Translations under genes and position numbers: made by a program
Shown here: positions 13,184-27,600 of the stretch, piece after piece
How the letters are laid out: every line of letters begins with the position of its first letter
Numbering within the stretch: position 1 is the first letter of the stretch
Assembly: GCF_009914755.1 (NCBI RefSeq)
Contig: NC_060942.1
Reading direction: 5' to 3' (one strand)
From: the human T2T-CHM13v2.0 reference genome, Homo sapiens
DNA: 64,000 nt
The notes under the pieces: generated by a model
Database searches by the model: none
What the model was told of the DNA's origin: nothing
Seen by the model: only the letters and a program-made list of their open reading frames with translations

Positions 13184-15799
13184 AGGGCAGCACTGGCAGC
13201 TGCTCACTGCCTGTCACAAGCCATGAACTCAGCTTTGACCTTGCAGGTATGCCAGGTTCAATTCAAAGGCATGCCGTGGCAATGTGTGTGTGCACATTGT
13301 ACAAGCAATGTAGCTAGGAACAGTAGCTATTATTATCCTAAGGCTAAACATGGATTTTTTTTTTAGGTGAAAATTCAAAACCAAGGGAAATTACTGCCGT
13401 CAGGGTTGCGGCTTCAGCCAGAGCTTGCCTCCCAGTCTCACACTCATGCTCTCCTGTGGAATCAGGCTCTGCGATTCTTTTGCCCGGAGCAGAAAGGACC
13501 TGCGACACGGCCTGGGGAGACGGCTCCACCGTCTGAGGTAGCAGCAAACAAAGCAGCAGCATGGAGGGTCAGGGGCGAGGGGAGCAGTCCCGGCTGTCTG
13601 CTGGCTTTCTGCTTTCTAAGCTTTTATTTTCATAGGGAGGAGAGAGAGGGCGCCTGAGTCTGACAAGAGGGTCTCAGCTCCCGTGCTGGCAACTCTCCTG
13701 CCGGCCACAGGGACCTCCGGGCCATGGCGCCCGGCCGGCCTACTGGGTGACAAGCTTGGAGGGTGTGTGGAAGGGCCCAGCTGCTGTGAGGGTGCCGGTG
13801 TTCCCTCCCTCGCCTCCTGCCGCACCTGCTCTGAGCTGAGTTCTGCCATCACAGATGTGGGTTCGGCAGAGAGACCACCTGGCAATGAGGCACACGTGTC
13901 CGGATGGAGTGTCTGTAAGGGACGTTTGCTGATGACTTGCCGAGGCTATGGTAGAACCCGCCGGCCGTGGAAAGCAGGAGCTGGCACTGGCTGTAGCGCC
14001 CGGACCCCAGGCCTCCCGCCTGTGGCCCAGCTTCCTGGCTGCCTCATAGCTCTAAAGCAAACGCCCTGGCCAAAGAGACGCATCTCATCCCCAGCAGTCC
14101 CCAGCTCCTGACGCAGCATGGACCCCTCACTCGCTCCTCCAGGCAGCCCAGGGCCTATGGTGATAGAGCCTCTAGAGTGGCGGACCAGGTTCTGAGGGTC
14201 TTTAAAACAGTCACCAATGGGAAGTTTTGTTCACAGAAATTTAACATTGAGAAACAAATGGAAACATAACAGAAAAGACCGATTACATTTCCCAAGTTGG
14301 AAAGAATCGGGTTCCATCTGCCCAGGAGAAACAGGCGTCTCCACGTGCTGGGAGTGGCGCGTGGGAAGTAGAGGGAGTCTCAAGAACAGCAAGCCAGGGG
14401 CGCTGACCTGCAGGGAGGGGCGCCAGGGGCCCAGGGTGGCCTCTCAGGTTCACGAACCAGGGAAGGGACCCCAGCAGACGTGGACTTGCCCACATCGCCC
14501 CTGGGGGAGGCTCTCCAGCCAGCTGAGGACATACCCGGGGCTCCAGCCCCATCCACAGCCTCCCTCCCGGTCCGTGAAGGATTGGTCTCACCCATGGCAG
14601 GAGGTTCTCACCGCGTGGCCTGTGGGTCCTGGCATGGGGTAAGTTCCCAGGGACTCTGCCAGTGGGTCTGCAGATCAGAACTACGTTTGTGACAAAGCTA
14701 AGTGACACTGTGTGACAATATGTCACTACTTTTGTGACAATGCCTTCTCCAGCGGGCGACATCTGCGAATGGCGGCTCCGTATTGGGCACAGGGCGGCAG
14801 CTCCACACCCTGCCTTCCCACCACCAGCACTTACTGTGCAGTAGAAACAATAGCTCCACTTTTAAAAGGCCCCCTGGGGCAGAAAAACTATCCGTTCTGT
14901 TCTATCTCAGCCTTGCACACAGCACAGCAGGGTGCATGGCCACAGGTGGGGCAGTACACGGGAAATGCAGGCAGAGTGCGTGGACCACACATGGAAGCTG
15001 ACGGGACTGGGAGAAAGTGTGTGGCTGAGTCTGGAGCCACGGCCCCCACCCCCCAGCTACGTCTGTACCTGAAAAAACAACCAACTAGCCACGGTCATCG
15101 GGCATCGGGCAGGCATTTTCTTGAAAATGAGCAAAATGAGCCTGTTGCTTTAAGGTAAACTTGCAGTATTTGTTGCCAATAACAAAATTTGAGCTTTCAA
15201 GCAAAAATTAGAATTTTGGAAAACTTGTATCCATCACTGTGAGCTTCCCAGTCAGCACTTCAAGACTTTTCCGAGGAAGTTGGTGGTGATATTCGCAAAT
15301 GTGACTTTTGATATTAAATAAAGAAACACGTCAACATTTGGAAGCTCCACATGACTCGGTGAACTGACCTTTTCCAGATGACTGTTGCAGGATGCTACGA
15401 AGCCACGCCGGGTGAGAACCCACCCAAAGCGTGTGATCGCCTCACGTCACAGCCTGGCTGAGCGCAGAGCGCATGCACCATGGTCTCCGGTTCCACAGCA
15501 GCTCACCTTGAGGAAACCGTCACTTACCACGTGTTGCATAACCCCAAGAAAGACGACGCGTAATGATCCAAAAAGGCTGGTAAATAATCCTCTGTCCCAA
15601 CTCAATGTCTGTGTGTGGCCAGGTTTTCTTCTCAATTTCAACCAGAGCAACAGTATCACAGCAGTTCAAATCAGAGAACCCAGTGAAAGGGGTTTGCAAA
15701 ATGTAAGATAATGCCATTCTTTTTACTAAAAATATTACTAAAATTTTATCCTATATGTTAACACTTAATGGGTTTATTATTGCTGTTTTTAAATGGATC

Positions 15800-16110
15800 A
15801 GAAAAGGATGAAATGGTTGCTTTGCAGCAATGTGGATGGAAGTGGTGCCCATTCTCTTAAGTGGAACAGAAAGACAAACGCTGCATGTTCTTACTCATAA
15901 GTGGAGCTGAATCACGTGTGGACACGGAGTGTGGAATGACAGGCCGTAGAGTCCGGGAGGGAGTGGGGGGTTGGGGAGAAAGTACTTAACGGGTACAGCA
16001 CACCTTATTGGGGTTCCCTAAAAGCCGTGGCTTCACCACTGTGCAATGTATGCCTGTAACAAAATTACACTTGTGCCCCATAAATTTACATAAATCTAAA
16101 ATGTATAAGT
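15800..16110 (+). mobile_element. L1 3' end fragment (L1PB/L1MA-like)
   Basis: tttgcagcaatgtggatgga, tgcatgttcttactcataagtgg, cttcaccactgtgcaat, gtaacaaaattacacttgtgccccataaattt. Confidence 0.8.
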
Positions 16111-16144
16111 AAATTTTGAAATGTAAACATAAATGAAGCCATAA

Positions 16145-16701
<557 letters not shown>

Positions 16702-17477
16702 GCTAATACGGTATATTTTGAAGGTTATAATGCACAAAAACAAAAGCTCTGAGAGTCTTCAGTAATTTTCAAAGTGTAAAAATGTCCCAAGACTAAAACG
16801 CTTAAGACCCACCGGCGACTACAGCTTGGCACACGCTGGGGTTTCTGCCCATCTGTTGACACAGCCGAGGCCGCCCTGCGCCCACTCCGAGCTCCCGGGC
16901 CCTGCGTGTCTTCCCACGTGGAGGCCGCCGGGGCCCGGGCTGGGGACTCGGCCCCGTCTAGATTCTGTCCCGGCCTCTGGGCATCGCCTCTCGGGAGCCG
17001 GACCCCTCGATCGCCCGCGGCCCCTCTCAGCTCCCCCAGCACAGTACGATCCGCGCGCGGCCCTGTCCAGGCCCTTCGCGATTTGGCCGCTTCTCCCCGC
17101 GTCCGGCCGTAGCTGGGAACACAGGGACCGGGGCCCCCGGGAAAGGGAGAGGACGCCCCAGGAATGACGGCGCTGAGCCCCTGCGGCGGGACAGGCTCTG
17201 AGCGTTTGTTTCATGGGATTGGAAAGAAAAGAACGTTTGACTTTCCCTGAACACCGGCTGCCTGTGACTCACGGACCTGAGGCCCTGGGAGGAGCCGCGG
17301 CCCCCGGATCCCCCGGAGAGGCCTTTCGGGGCCGCGGCCGGCAGCCCCGGCCGCCCCCAGCCCCCGCAACCTCCCCCCGTGGCCCCGAGAAGCCGGAGAC
17401 CCTCCCCGCGGGACACGCGCCCCCCACTCAGAGCCCCCCAAGCTCCCTGGAGAGGAGGAATCCGCCGTCATCTGGTC

Positions 17478-17780
17478 CCGGGACTCCGCCCCCCCGGGAC
17501 CCCGCCCCCCCGGGACCCCGCCCCCCGGGACCCCGCCCTCCCCGGGACCCCGCCCCCCCGGGACCCCGCCCCCCAGGACCCCGCCCCCCCAGGACCCCCG
17601 CCCCCCTGTATGCCGCCCTCCCCGGGACCTCGCCCCCCCGGGACCCCACCCTCCCCGGGACCCCGCCCCCCCCGGGACCCCGCCCCCCGGGATGCCGCCC
17701 TCCCCGGGACCCCGCCCTCCCCGGGACCCCGCCCCCCCAGGACCCCGCCCCCCGGGATGCCGCCCTCCCCGGGACCCCGC
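17478..17780. repeat. ~16-18-bp GC-box tandem repeat
   Basis: gggaccccgccccccc unit, ~17 copies; G-runs on minus strand. Confidence 0.92.
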
Positions 17781-18262
17781 TGCTGCATCTGCCTCTCCAG
17801 GCTCGGCCATTCCCCGGGGGTCCCTTCCCGGTCTGTCCCCCACAGAACGTTCTCCCCCAGGCCAGGCCCAGGCTCCCCACAAGCGCCCCGCGACCCCTGA
17901 CCCCACGGTCTGCCCTCGCCCGGGGCCGCAGCATGGGGGGCATTGGGGGGTCCTGCGGGGGTTGCTTGGCCGCGCCTGGAATCGGCCTCAAGGTCCCCCT
18001 GCGCCTCCCCGGTCGGCCGGACTCATGCGCTCCCCCGGAACCCCCGACCCCGCGCGGACAAGCAGCTTCCCAGAGGCCTCAGGAAGCCCCGCCCGAGGGT
18101 GTCAGCTCCAGCTCTGAGCGGGTCCCGCAAACGCCCCAGCGTGTTCCCACCGGTGACCCCGACAACCCAACACCCCAACGCCCCGCACCGCCCTCAGCAG
18201 CCGCGCCTTGGCCAGCGGGTGCCCCGGTGCCTGCGGCCTCTGACATAGAAAACGAGGAAGGA

Positions 18263-18441
18263 GGCGGGCGCGGTGGCTCACGCCTGTCATCCCAGCACTT
18301 TCGGAGGCCGAGGCGGACGGATCATTTGAGTTCAGGAGTTCAAGACCAGCCTGGCCAAGATGGTGAAACCCCATCTCTACTAAAAATACGAAAATTAGCC
18401 GGGCGTGGTGGCGGATGCCTGTAATCCCAGCTACTCGGGAG
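18263..18441 (+). mobile_element. 3'-truncated AluS fragment
   Basis: Left monomer, A-rich linker and start of right arm; ends at cagctactcgggag with no tail. Confidence 0.9.
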
Positions 18442-18671
18442 CCTGGGTTGAGGAGCCTCCCGGGCAGGTGCTTCCACGAGCACTCCGGGCCACGGGCCTG
18501 CGCGCCTGACGGGGACTCAGTGAAAAACAGCTGCGAACACGAGGCCTAGAACCAGCTGCACAGCGACGCCGTCGACACTCGAACCAACGCAAAGGGCCTG
18601 GCAGCTGCCCTAGCGCCAACTCCAGCCGGCCTCGCTCATCACGCACTCCTGGGGGGGTCCTGCCACGTCTC

Positions 18672-21600
18672 TTTACATGCTAACAGGATGACAGCAGACA
18701 TTGTGTGAAATCAGTCAGTCTGAGCACACTGTTTACATACTAACAGGATGACAGCAGACATTGTGTGAAATCAGTCAGTGTGAGCACACTGTTTACATGC
18801 TAACAGGATCACAGCAGACATTGTGTGAAATCAGTGTGAGCACACTGTTTACATGCTAACAGGACGACAGCAGACACTGTGTGAAATCAGTCAGTGTGAG
18901 CACACTGTTTACATGCTAACAGGACGACAGCAGACACTCTGTGAAATCAGTCAGTGTGAGCACACTGTTTACACGCTAACAGGACGACAGCAGACACTGT
19001 GTGAAATCAGTCAGTGCGAGCACACTGTTTACATGCTAACAGGACCACAGCAGACACTGTGTGAAATCAGTCAGTGTGAGCACACTGTTTACATGCTAAC
19101 AGGACCACAGCAGACATTGTGTGAAATCAGTCAGTGTGAGCACACTGTTTACATGCTAACAGGATGACAGCAGACATTGTGTGAAATCAGTCAGTGTGAG
19201 CACACTGTTTACACGCTAACAGGATGACAGCAGACATTGTGTGAAATCAGTGTGAGCACACTGTTTACATGCTAACAGGATCACAGCAGACACTGTGTGA
19301 AATCAGTGTGAGCACACTGTTTACACGCTAACAGGATGACAGCAGACACTGTGTGAAATCAGTCAGTGTGAGCCCACTGTTTACATGCTAACAGGATGAC
19401 AGCAGACACTGTGTGAAATCAGTCAGTGCGAGCACACTGTTTACATGCTAACAGGATCACAGCAGACACTGTGTGAAATCAGTCAGTGTGAGCACACTGT
19501 TTACACGCTAACAGGATGACAGCAGACACTGTGTGAAATCAGTCAGTGCGAGCACACTGTTTACATGCTAACAGGATCACAGCAGACACTGTGTGAAATC
19601 AGTCAGTGTGAGCACACTGTTTACACGCTAACAGGACGACAGCAGACACTGTGTGAAATCAGTCAGTGTGAGCACACTGTTTACATGCTAACAGGACCAC
19701 AGCAGACATTGTGTGAAATCAGTCAGTGTGAGCACACTGTTTACATGCTAACAGGACGACAGCAGACACTGTGTGAAATCAGTCAGTGTGAGCACACTGT
19801 TTACACGCTAACAGGACCACAGCAGACACTGTGTGAAATCAGTCAGTGTGAGCACACTGTTTACATGCTAACAGGATGACAGCAGACATTGTGTGAAATC
19901 AGTCAGTGTGAGCACACTGTTTACATGCTAACAGGATGACAGCAGACATTGTGTGAAATCAGTCAGTGTGAGCACACTGTTTACATGCTAACAGGACGAC
20001 AGCAGACACTGTGTGAAATCAGTCAGTGTGAGCACACTGTTTACACGCTAACAGGATGACAGCAGACACTGTGTGAAATCAGTCAGTGTGAGCACACTGT
20101 TTACACGCTAACAGGATCACAGCAGACACTGTGTGAAATCAGTCAGTGTGAGCACACTGTTTACATGCTAACAGGATGACAGCAGACACTGTGTCAAATC
20201 AGTCAGTGTGAGCACACTGTTTACATGCTAACAGGATGACAGCAGACATTGTGTGAAATCAGTCAGTGTGAGCACACTGTTTACATGCTAACAGGATCAC
20301 AGCAGACATTGTGTGAAATCAGTGTGAGCACACTGTTTACATGCTAACAGGACGACAGCAGACACTGTGTGAAATCAGTCAGTGTGAGCACACTGTTTAC
20401 ATGCTAACAGGACGACAGCAGACACTGTGTGAAATCAGTCAGTGTGAGCACACTGTTTACACGCTAACAGGACGACAGCAGACACTGTGTGAAATCAGTC
20501 AGTGCGAGCACACTGTTTACATGCTAACAGGACCACAGCAGACACTGTGTGAAATCAGTCAGTGTGAGCACACTGTTTACATGCTAACAGGACCACAGCA
20601 GACATTGTGTGAAATCAGTCAGTGTGAGCACACTGTTTACATGCTAACAGGATGACAGCAGACATTGTGTGAAATCAGTCAGTCTGAGCACACTGTTTAC
20701 ATGCTAACAGGATGACAGCAGACATTGTGTGAAATCAGTGTGAGCACACTGTTTACATGCTAACAGGATCACAGCAGACACTGTGTGAAATCAGTGTGAG
20801 CACACTGTTTACACGCTAACAGGATGACAGCAGACACTGTGTGAAATCAGTCAGTGTGAGCACACTGTTTACACGCTAACAGGATGACAGCAGACACTGT
20901 GTGAAATCAGTCAGTGCGAGCCCACTGTTTACATGCTAACAGGATCACAGCAGACACTGTGTGAAATCAGTCAGTGTGAGCACACTGTTTACACGCTAAC
21001 AGGACGACAGCAGACACTGTGTGAAATCAGTCAGTGTGAGCACACTGTTTACGTGCTAACAGGACCACAGCAGACACTGTGTGAAATCAGTCCGTGTGAG
21101 CACACTGTTTACACGCTAACAGGACGACAGCAGACACTGTGTGAAATCAGTCAGTGTGAGCACACTGTTTACATGCTAACAGGACCACAGCAGACATTGT
21201 GTGAAATCAGTCAGTGTGAGCACACTGTTTACATGCTAACAGGACGACAGCAGACACTGTGTGAAATCAGTCAGTGTGAGCACACTGTTTACACGCTAAC
21301 AGGACCACAGCAGACACTGTGTGAAATCAGTCAGTGTGAGCACACTGTTTACATGCTAACAGGACGACAGCAGACATTGTGTGAAATCAGTCAGTGTGAG
21401 CACACTGTTTACATGCTAACAGGACGACAGCAGACACTGTGTGAAATCAGTCCGTGTGAGCACACTGTTTACACGCTAACAGGATGACAGCAGACATTGT
21501 GTGAAATCAGTCAGTGTGAGCACACTGTTTACACGCTAACAGGACGACAGCAGACACTGTGTGAAATCAGTCAGTGTGAGCACACTGTTTACACGCTAAC

Positions 21601-24600
21601 AGGACGACAGCAGACACTGTGTGAAATCAGTCAGTGTGAGCACACTGTTTACACGCTAACAGGATGACAGCACACACTGTGTGAAATCAGTCAGTGTGAG
21701 CACACTGTTTACACGCTAACAGGATCACAGCAGACACTGTGTGAAATCAGTCAGTGTGAGCACACTGTTTACATGCTAACAGGATGACAGCAGACACTGT
21801 GTCAAATCAGTCAGTGTGAGCACACTGTTTACATGCTAACAGGACGACAGCAGACACTGTGTGAAATCAGTCCATGTGAGCACACTGTTTACACGCTAAC
21901 AGGATGACAGCAGACATTGTGTGAAATCAGTCAGTGTGAGCACACTGTTTACATGCTAACAGGATCACAGCAGACACTGTGTGAAATCAGTCAGTGTGAG
22001 CACACTGTTTACACGCTAACAGGACGACAGCAGACACTGTGTGAAATCAGTCAGTGCGAGCACACTGTTTACATGCTAACAGGATCACAGCAGACACTGT
22101 GTGAAATCAGTCAGTGTGAGCACACTGTTTACACGCTAACAGGACGACAGCAGACACTGTGTGAAATCAGTCAGTGTGAGCACACTGTTTACATGCTAAC
22201 AGGACCACAGCAGACATTGTGTGAAATCAGTCAGTGTGAGCACACTGTTTACATGCTAACAGGACGACAGCAGACACTGTGTGAAATCAGTCAGTGCGAG
22301 CACACTGTTTACATGCTAACAGGATCACAGCAGACACTGTGTGAAATCAGTCAGTGTGAGCACACTGTTTACACGCTAACAGGACGACAGCAGACACTGT
22401 GTGAAATCAGTCAGTGTGAGCACACTGTTTACATGCTAACAGGACCACAGCAGACATTGTGTGAAATCAGTCAGTGTGAGCACACTGTTTACATGCTAAC
22501 AGGACGACAGCAGACACTGTGTGAAATCAGTCAGTGTGAGCACACTGTTTACACGCTAACAGGACCACAGCAGACACTGTGTGAAATCAGTCAGTGTGAG
22601 CACACTGTTTACATGCTAACAGGATGACAGCAGACATTGTGTGAAATCAGTCAGTGTGAGCACACTGTTTACATGCTAACAGGACGACAGCAGACATTGT
22701 GTGAAATCAGTCAGTGTGAGCACACTGTTTACATGCTAACAGGACGACAGCAGACACTGTGTGAAATCAGTCAGTGTGAGCACACTGTTTACACGCTAAC
22801 AGGATGACAGCAGACACTGTGTGAAATCAGTCAGTGTGAGCACACTGTTTACACGCTAACAGGATCACAGCAGACACTGTGTGAAATCAGTCAGTGTGAG
22901 CACACTGTTTACATGCTAACAGGATGACAGCAGACACTGTGTCAAATCAGTCAGTGTGAGCACACTGTTTACATGCTAACAGGATGACAGCAGACATTGT
23001 GTGAAATCAGTCAGTGTGAGCACACTGTTTACATGCTAACAGGATCACAGCAGACATTGTGTGAAATCAGTGTGAGCACACTGTTTACATGCTAACAGGA
23101 CGACAGCAGACACTGTGTGAAATCAGTCAGTGTGAGCACACTGTTTACATGCTAACAGGACGACAGCAGACACTGTGTGAAATCAGTCAGTGTGAGCACA
23201 CTGTTTACACGCTAACAGGATGACAGCAGACATTGTGTGAAATCAGTCAGTGTGAGCACACTGTTTACACGCTAACAGGATGACAGCAGACACTGTGTGA
23301 AATCAGTCAGTGCGAGCACACTGTTTACATGCTAACAGGACCACAGCAGACACTGTGTGAAATCAGTCAGTGTGAGCACACTGTTTACATGCTAACAGGA
23401 CCACAGCAGACATTGTGTGAAATCAGTCAGTGTGAGCACACTGTTTACATGCTAACAGGATGACAGCAGACATTGTGTGAAATCAGTCAGTGTGAGCACA
23501 CTGTTTACATGCTAACAGGATGACAGCAGACATTGTGTGAAATCAGTGTGAGCACACTGTTTACATGCTAACAGGATCACAGCAGACACTGTGTGAAATC
23601 AGTGTGAGCACACTGTTTACACGCTAACAGGATGACAGCAGACACTGTGTGAAATCAGTCAGTGTGAGCACACTGTTTACACGCTAACAGGATGACAGCA
23701 GACACTGTGTGAAATCAGTCAGTGCGAGCCCACTGTTTACATGCTAACAGGATCACAGCAGACACTGTGTGAAATCAGTCAGTGTGAGCACACTGTTTAC
23801 ACGCTAACAGGACGACAGCAGACACTGTGTGAAATCAGTCAGTGTGAGCACACTGTTTACGTGCTAACAGGACCACAGCAGACACTGTGTGAAATCAGTC
23901 CGTGTGAGCACACTGTTTACACGCTAACAGGACGACAGCAGACACTGTGTGAAATCAGTCAGTGTGAGCACACTGTTTACATGCTAACAGGACCACAGCA
24001 GACATTGTGTGAAATCAGTCAGTGTGAGCACACTGTTTACATGCTAACAGGACGACAGCAGACACTGTGTGAAATCAGTCAGTGTGAGCACACTGTTTAC
24101 ACGCTAACAGGACCACAGCAGACACTGTGTGAAATCAGTCAGTGTGAGCACACTGTTTACATGCTAACAGGATGACAGCAGACATTGTGTGAAATCAGTC
24201 AGTGTGAGCACACTGTTTACATGCTAACAGGACGACAGCAGACACTGTGTGAAATCAGTCCGTGTGAGCACACTGTTTACACGCTAACAGGATGACAGCA
24301 GACATTGTGTGAAATCAGTCAGTGTGAGCACACTGTTTACACGCTAACAGGACGACAGCAGACACTGTGTGAAATCAGTCAGTGTGAGCACACTGTTTAC
24401 ACGCTAACAGGACGACAGCAGACACTGTGTGAAATCAGTCAGTGTGAGCACACTGTTTACACGCTAACAGGATGACAGCACACACTGTGTGAAATCAGTC
24501 AGTGTGAGCACACTGTTTACACGCTAACAGGATCACAGCAGACACTGTGTGAAATCAGTCAGTGTGAGCACACTGTTTACATGCTAACAGGATGACAGCA

Positions 24601-27600
24601 GACACTGTGTCAAATCAGTCAGTGTGAGCACACTGTTTACATGCTAACAGGACGACAGCAGACACTGTGTGAAATCAGTCCATGTGAGCACACTGTTTAC
24701 ATGCTAACAGGACGACAGCAGACACTGTGTGAAATCAGTCAGTGTGAGCACACTGTTTACATGCTAACAGGACGACAGCAGACACTGTGTGAAATCAGTC
24801 AGTGTGAGCACACTGTTTACGTGCTAACAGGACCACAGCAGACACTGTGTGAAATCAGTCAGTGTGAGCACACTGTTTACGTGCTAACAGGACCACAGCA
24901 GACACTGTGTGAAATCAGTCAGTGTGAGCACACTGTTTACACGCTAACAGGATGACAGCAGACACTGTGTGAAATCAGTCCGTGTGAGCACACTGTTTAC
25001 ACGCTAACAGGACGACAGCAGACACTGTGTGAAATCAGTCAGTGTGAGCACACTGTTTACACGCTAACAGGACGACAGCAGACACTGTGTGAAATCAGTC
25101 AGTGTGAGCACACTGTTTACATGCTAACAGGACCACAGCAGACACTCTGTGAAATCAGTCAGTGTGAGCACACTGTTTACACGCTAACAGGATGACAGCA
25201 GACACTGTGTGAAATCAGTCAGTGTGAGCACACTGTTTACACGCTAACAGGATCACAGCAGACACTGTGTGAAATCAGTCAGTGTGAGCACACTGTTTAC
25301 ATGCTAACAGGATGACAGCAGACACTGTGTGAAATCAGTCAGTGTGAGCACACTGTTTACACGCTAACAGGATGACAGCAGACACTGTGTGAAATCAGTG
25401 TGAGCACACTGTTTACACGCTAACAGGATGACAGCAGACACTGTGTGAAATCAGTGTGAGCACACTGTTTACACGCTAACAGGATCACAGCAGACACTGT
25501 GTGAAATCAGTCAGTGTGAGCACACTGTTTACATGCTAACAGGATGACAGCAGACACTGTGTGAAATCAGTCAGTGCGAGCACACTGTTTACACGCTAAC
25601 AGGATGACAGCAGACACTGTGTGAAATCAGTCAGTCTGAGCACACTGTTTACATGCTAACAGGATGACAGCAGACAGTGTGTGAAATCAGTCAGTGTGAG
25701 CACACTGTTTACATGCTAACAGGACCACAGCAGACACTGTGTGAAATCAGTCAGTGTGAGCACACTGTTTACATGCTAACAGGATGACAGCAGACACTGT
25801 GTGAAATCAGTCAGTGTGAGCACACTGTTTACACGCTAACAGGATCACAGCAGACACTGTGTGAAATCAGTCAGTGTGAGCACACTGTTTACATGCTAAC
25901 AGGATGACAGCAGACACTGTGTGAAATCAGTCAGTGTGAGCACACTGTTTACACGCTAACAGGATGACAGCAGACACTGTGTGAAATCAGTCAGTGTGAG
26001 CACACTGTTTACATGCTAACAGGATGACAGCAGACACTGTGTGAAATCAGTCAGGGCGAGCACACTGTTTACACGCTAACAGGATGACAGCAGACACTGT
26101 GTGAAATCAGTCAGTGTGAGCACACTGTTTACATGCTAACAGGATGACAGCAGACACTGTGTGAAATCAGTCAGTGTGAGCACACTGTTTACATGCTAAC
26201 AGGATGACAGCAGACATTGTGTGAAATCAGTCAGTGTGAGCACACTGTTTACATGCTAACAGGATGACAGCAGACACTGTGTGAAATCAGTCAGTGTGAG
26301 CACACTGTTTACGTGCTAACAGGATGACAGCAGACACTGTGTGAAATCAGTCAGTGTGAGCACACTGTTTACATGCTAACAGGATGACAGCAGACATTGT
26401 GTGAAATCAGTCAGTGTGAGCACACTGTTTACATGCTAACAGGATGACAGCAGACACTGTGTGAAATCAGTCAGTGTGAGCACACTGTTTACATGCTAAC
26501 AGGACCACAGCAGACACTGTGTGAAATCAGTCAGTGTGAGCACACTGTTTACATGCTAACAGGATGACAGCAGACACTGTGTGAAATCAGTCAGTGTGAG
26601 CACACTGTTTACATGCTAACAGGATGACAGCAGACATTGTGTGAAATCAGTCAGTGTGAGCACACTGTTTACATGCTAACAGGATGACAGCAGACACTGT
26701 GTGAAATCAGTCAGTGTGAGCACACTGTTTACATGCTAACAGGATCACAGCAGACACTGTGTGAAATCAGTGTGAGCACACTGTTTACACGCTAACAGGA
26801 TGACAGCAGACACTGTGTGAAATCAGTCAGTGTGAGCACACTGTTTACACGCTAACAGGATGACAGCAGACACTGTGTGAAATCAGTCAGTGCGAGCCCA
26901 CTGTTTACATGCTAACAGGATCACAGCAGACACTGTGTGAAATCAGTCAGTGTGAGCACACTGTTTACACGCTAACAGGACGACAGCAGACACTGTGTGA
27001 AATCAGTCAGTGTGAGCACACTGTTTACGTGCTAACAGGACCACAGCAGACACTGTGTGAAATCAGTCCGTGTGAGCACACTGTTTACACGCTAACAGGA
27101 CGACAGCAGACACTGTGTGAAATCAGTCAGTGTGAGCACACTGTTTACATGCTAACAGGACCACAGCAGACATTGTGTGAAATCAGTCAGTGTGAGCACA
27201 CTGTTTACATGCTAACAGGACGACAGCAGACACTGTGTGAAATCAGTCAGTGTGAGCACACTGTTTACACGCTAACAGGACCACAGCAGACACTGTGTGA
27301 AATCAGTCAGTGTGAGCACACTGTTTACATGCTAACAGGATGACAGCAGACATTGTGTGAAATCAGTCAGTGTGAGCACACTGTTTACATGCTAACAGGA
27401 CGACAGCAGACACTGTGTGAAATCAGTCCGTGTGAGCACACTGTTTACACGCTAACAGGATGACAGCAGACATTGTGTGAAATCAGTCAGTGTGAGCACA
27501 CTGTTTACACGCTAACAGGACGACAGCAGACACTGTGTGAAATCAGTCAGTGTGAGCACACTGTTTACACGCTAACAGGACGACAGCAGACACTGTGTGA

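Larger units (their letters stand above)
16850..18660. promoter_or_regulatory. CpG island 1, probable promoter
   Basis: Very high GC and CpG density, many GC boxes (CCCCGCCC), retained CpGs even in the embedded Alu. Confidence 0.8.

Noticed and set aside
17211-18424. 403-aa Pro-rich, collagen-like ORF
   Set aside because: GC-box repeat in a CpG island, ending in Alu sequence; no true Gly-X-Y periodicity.
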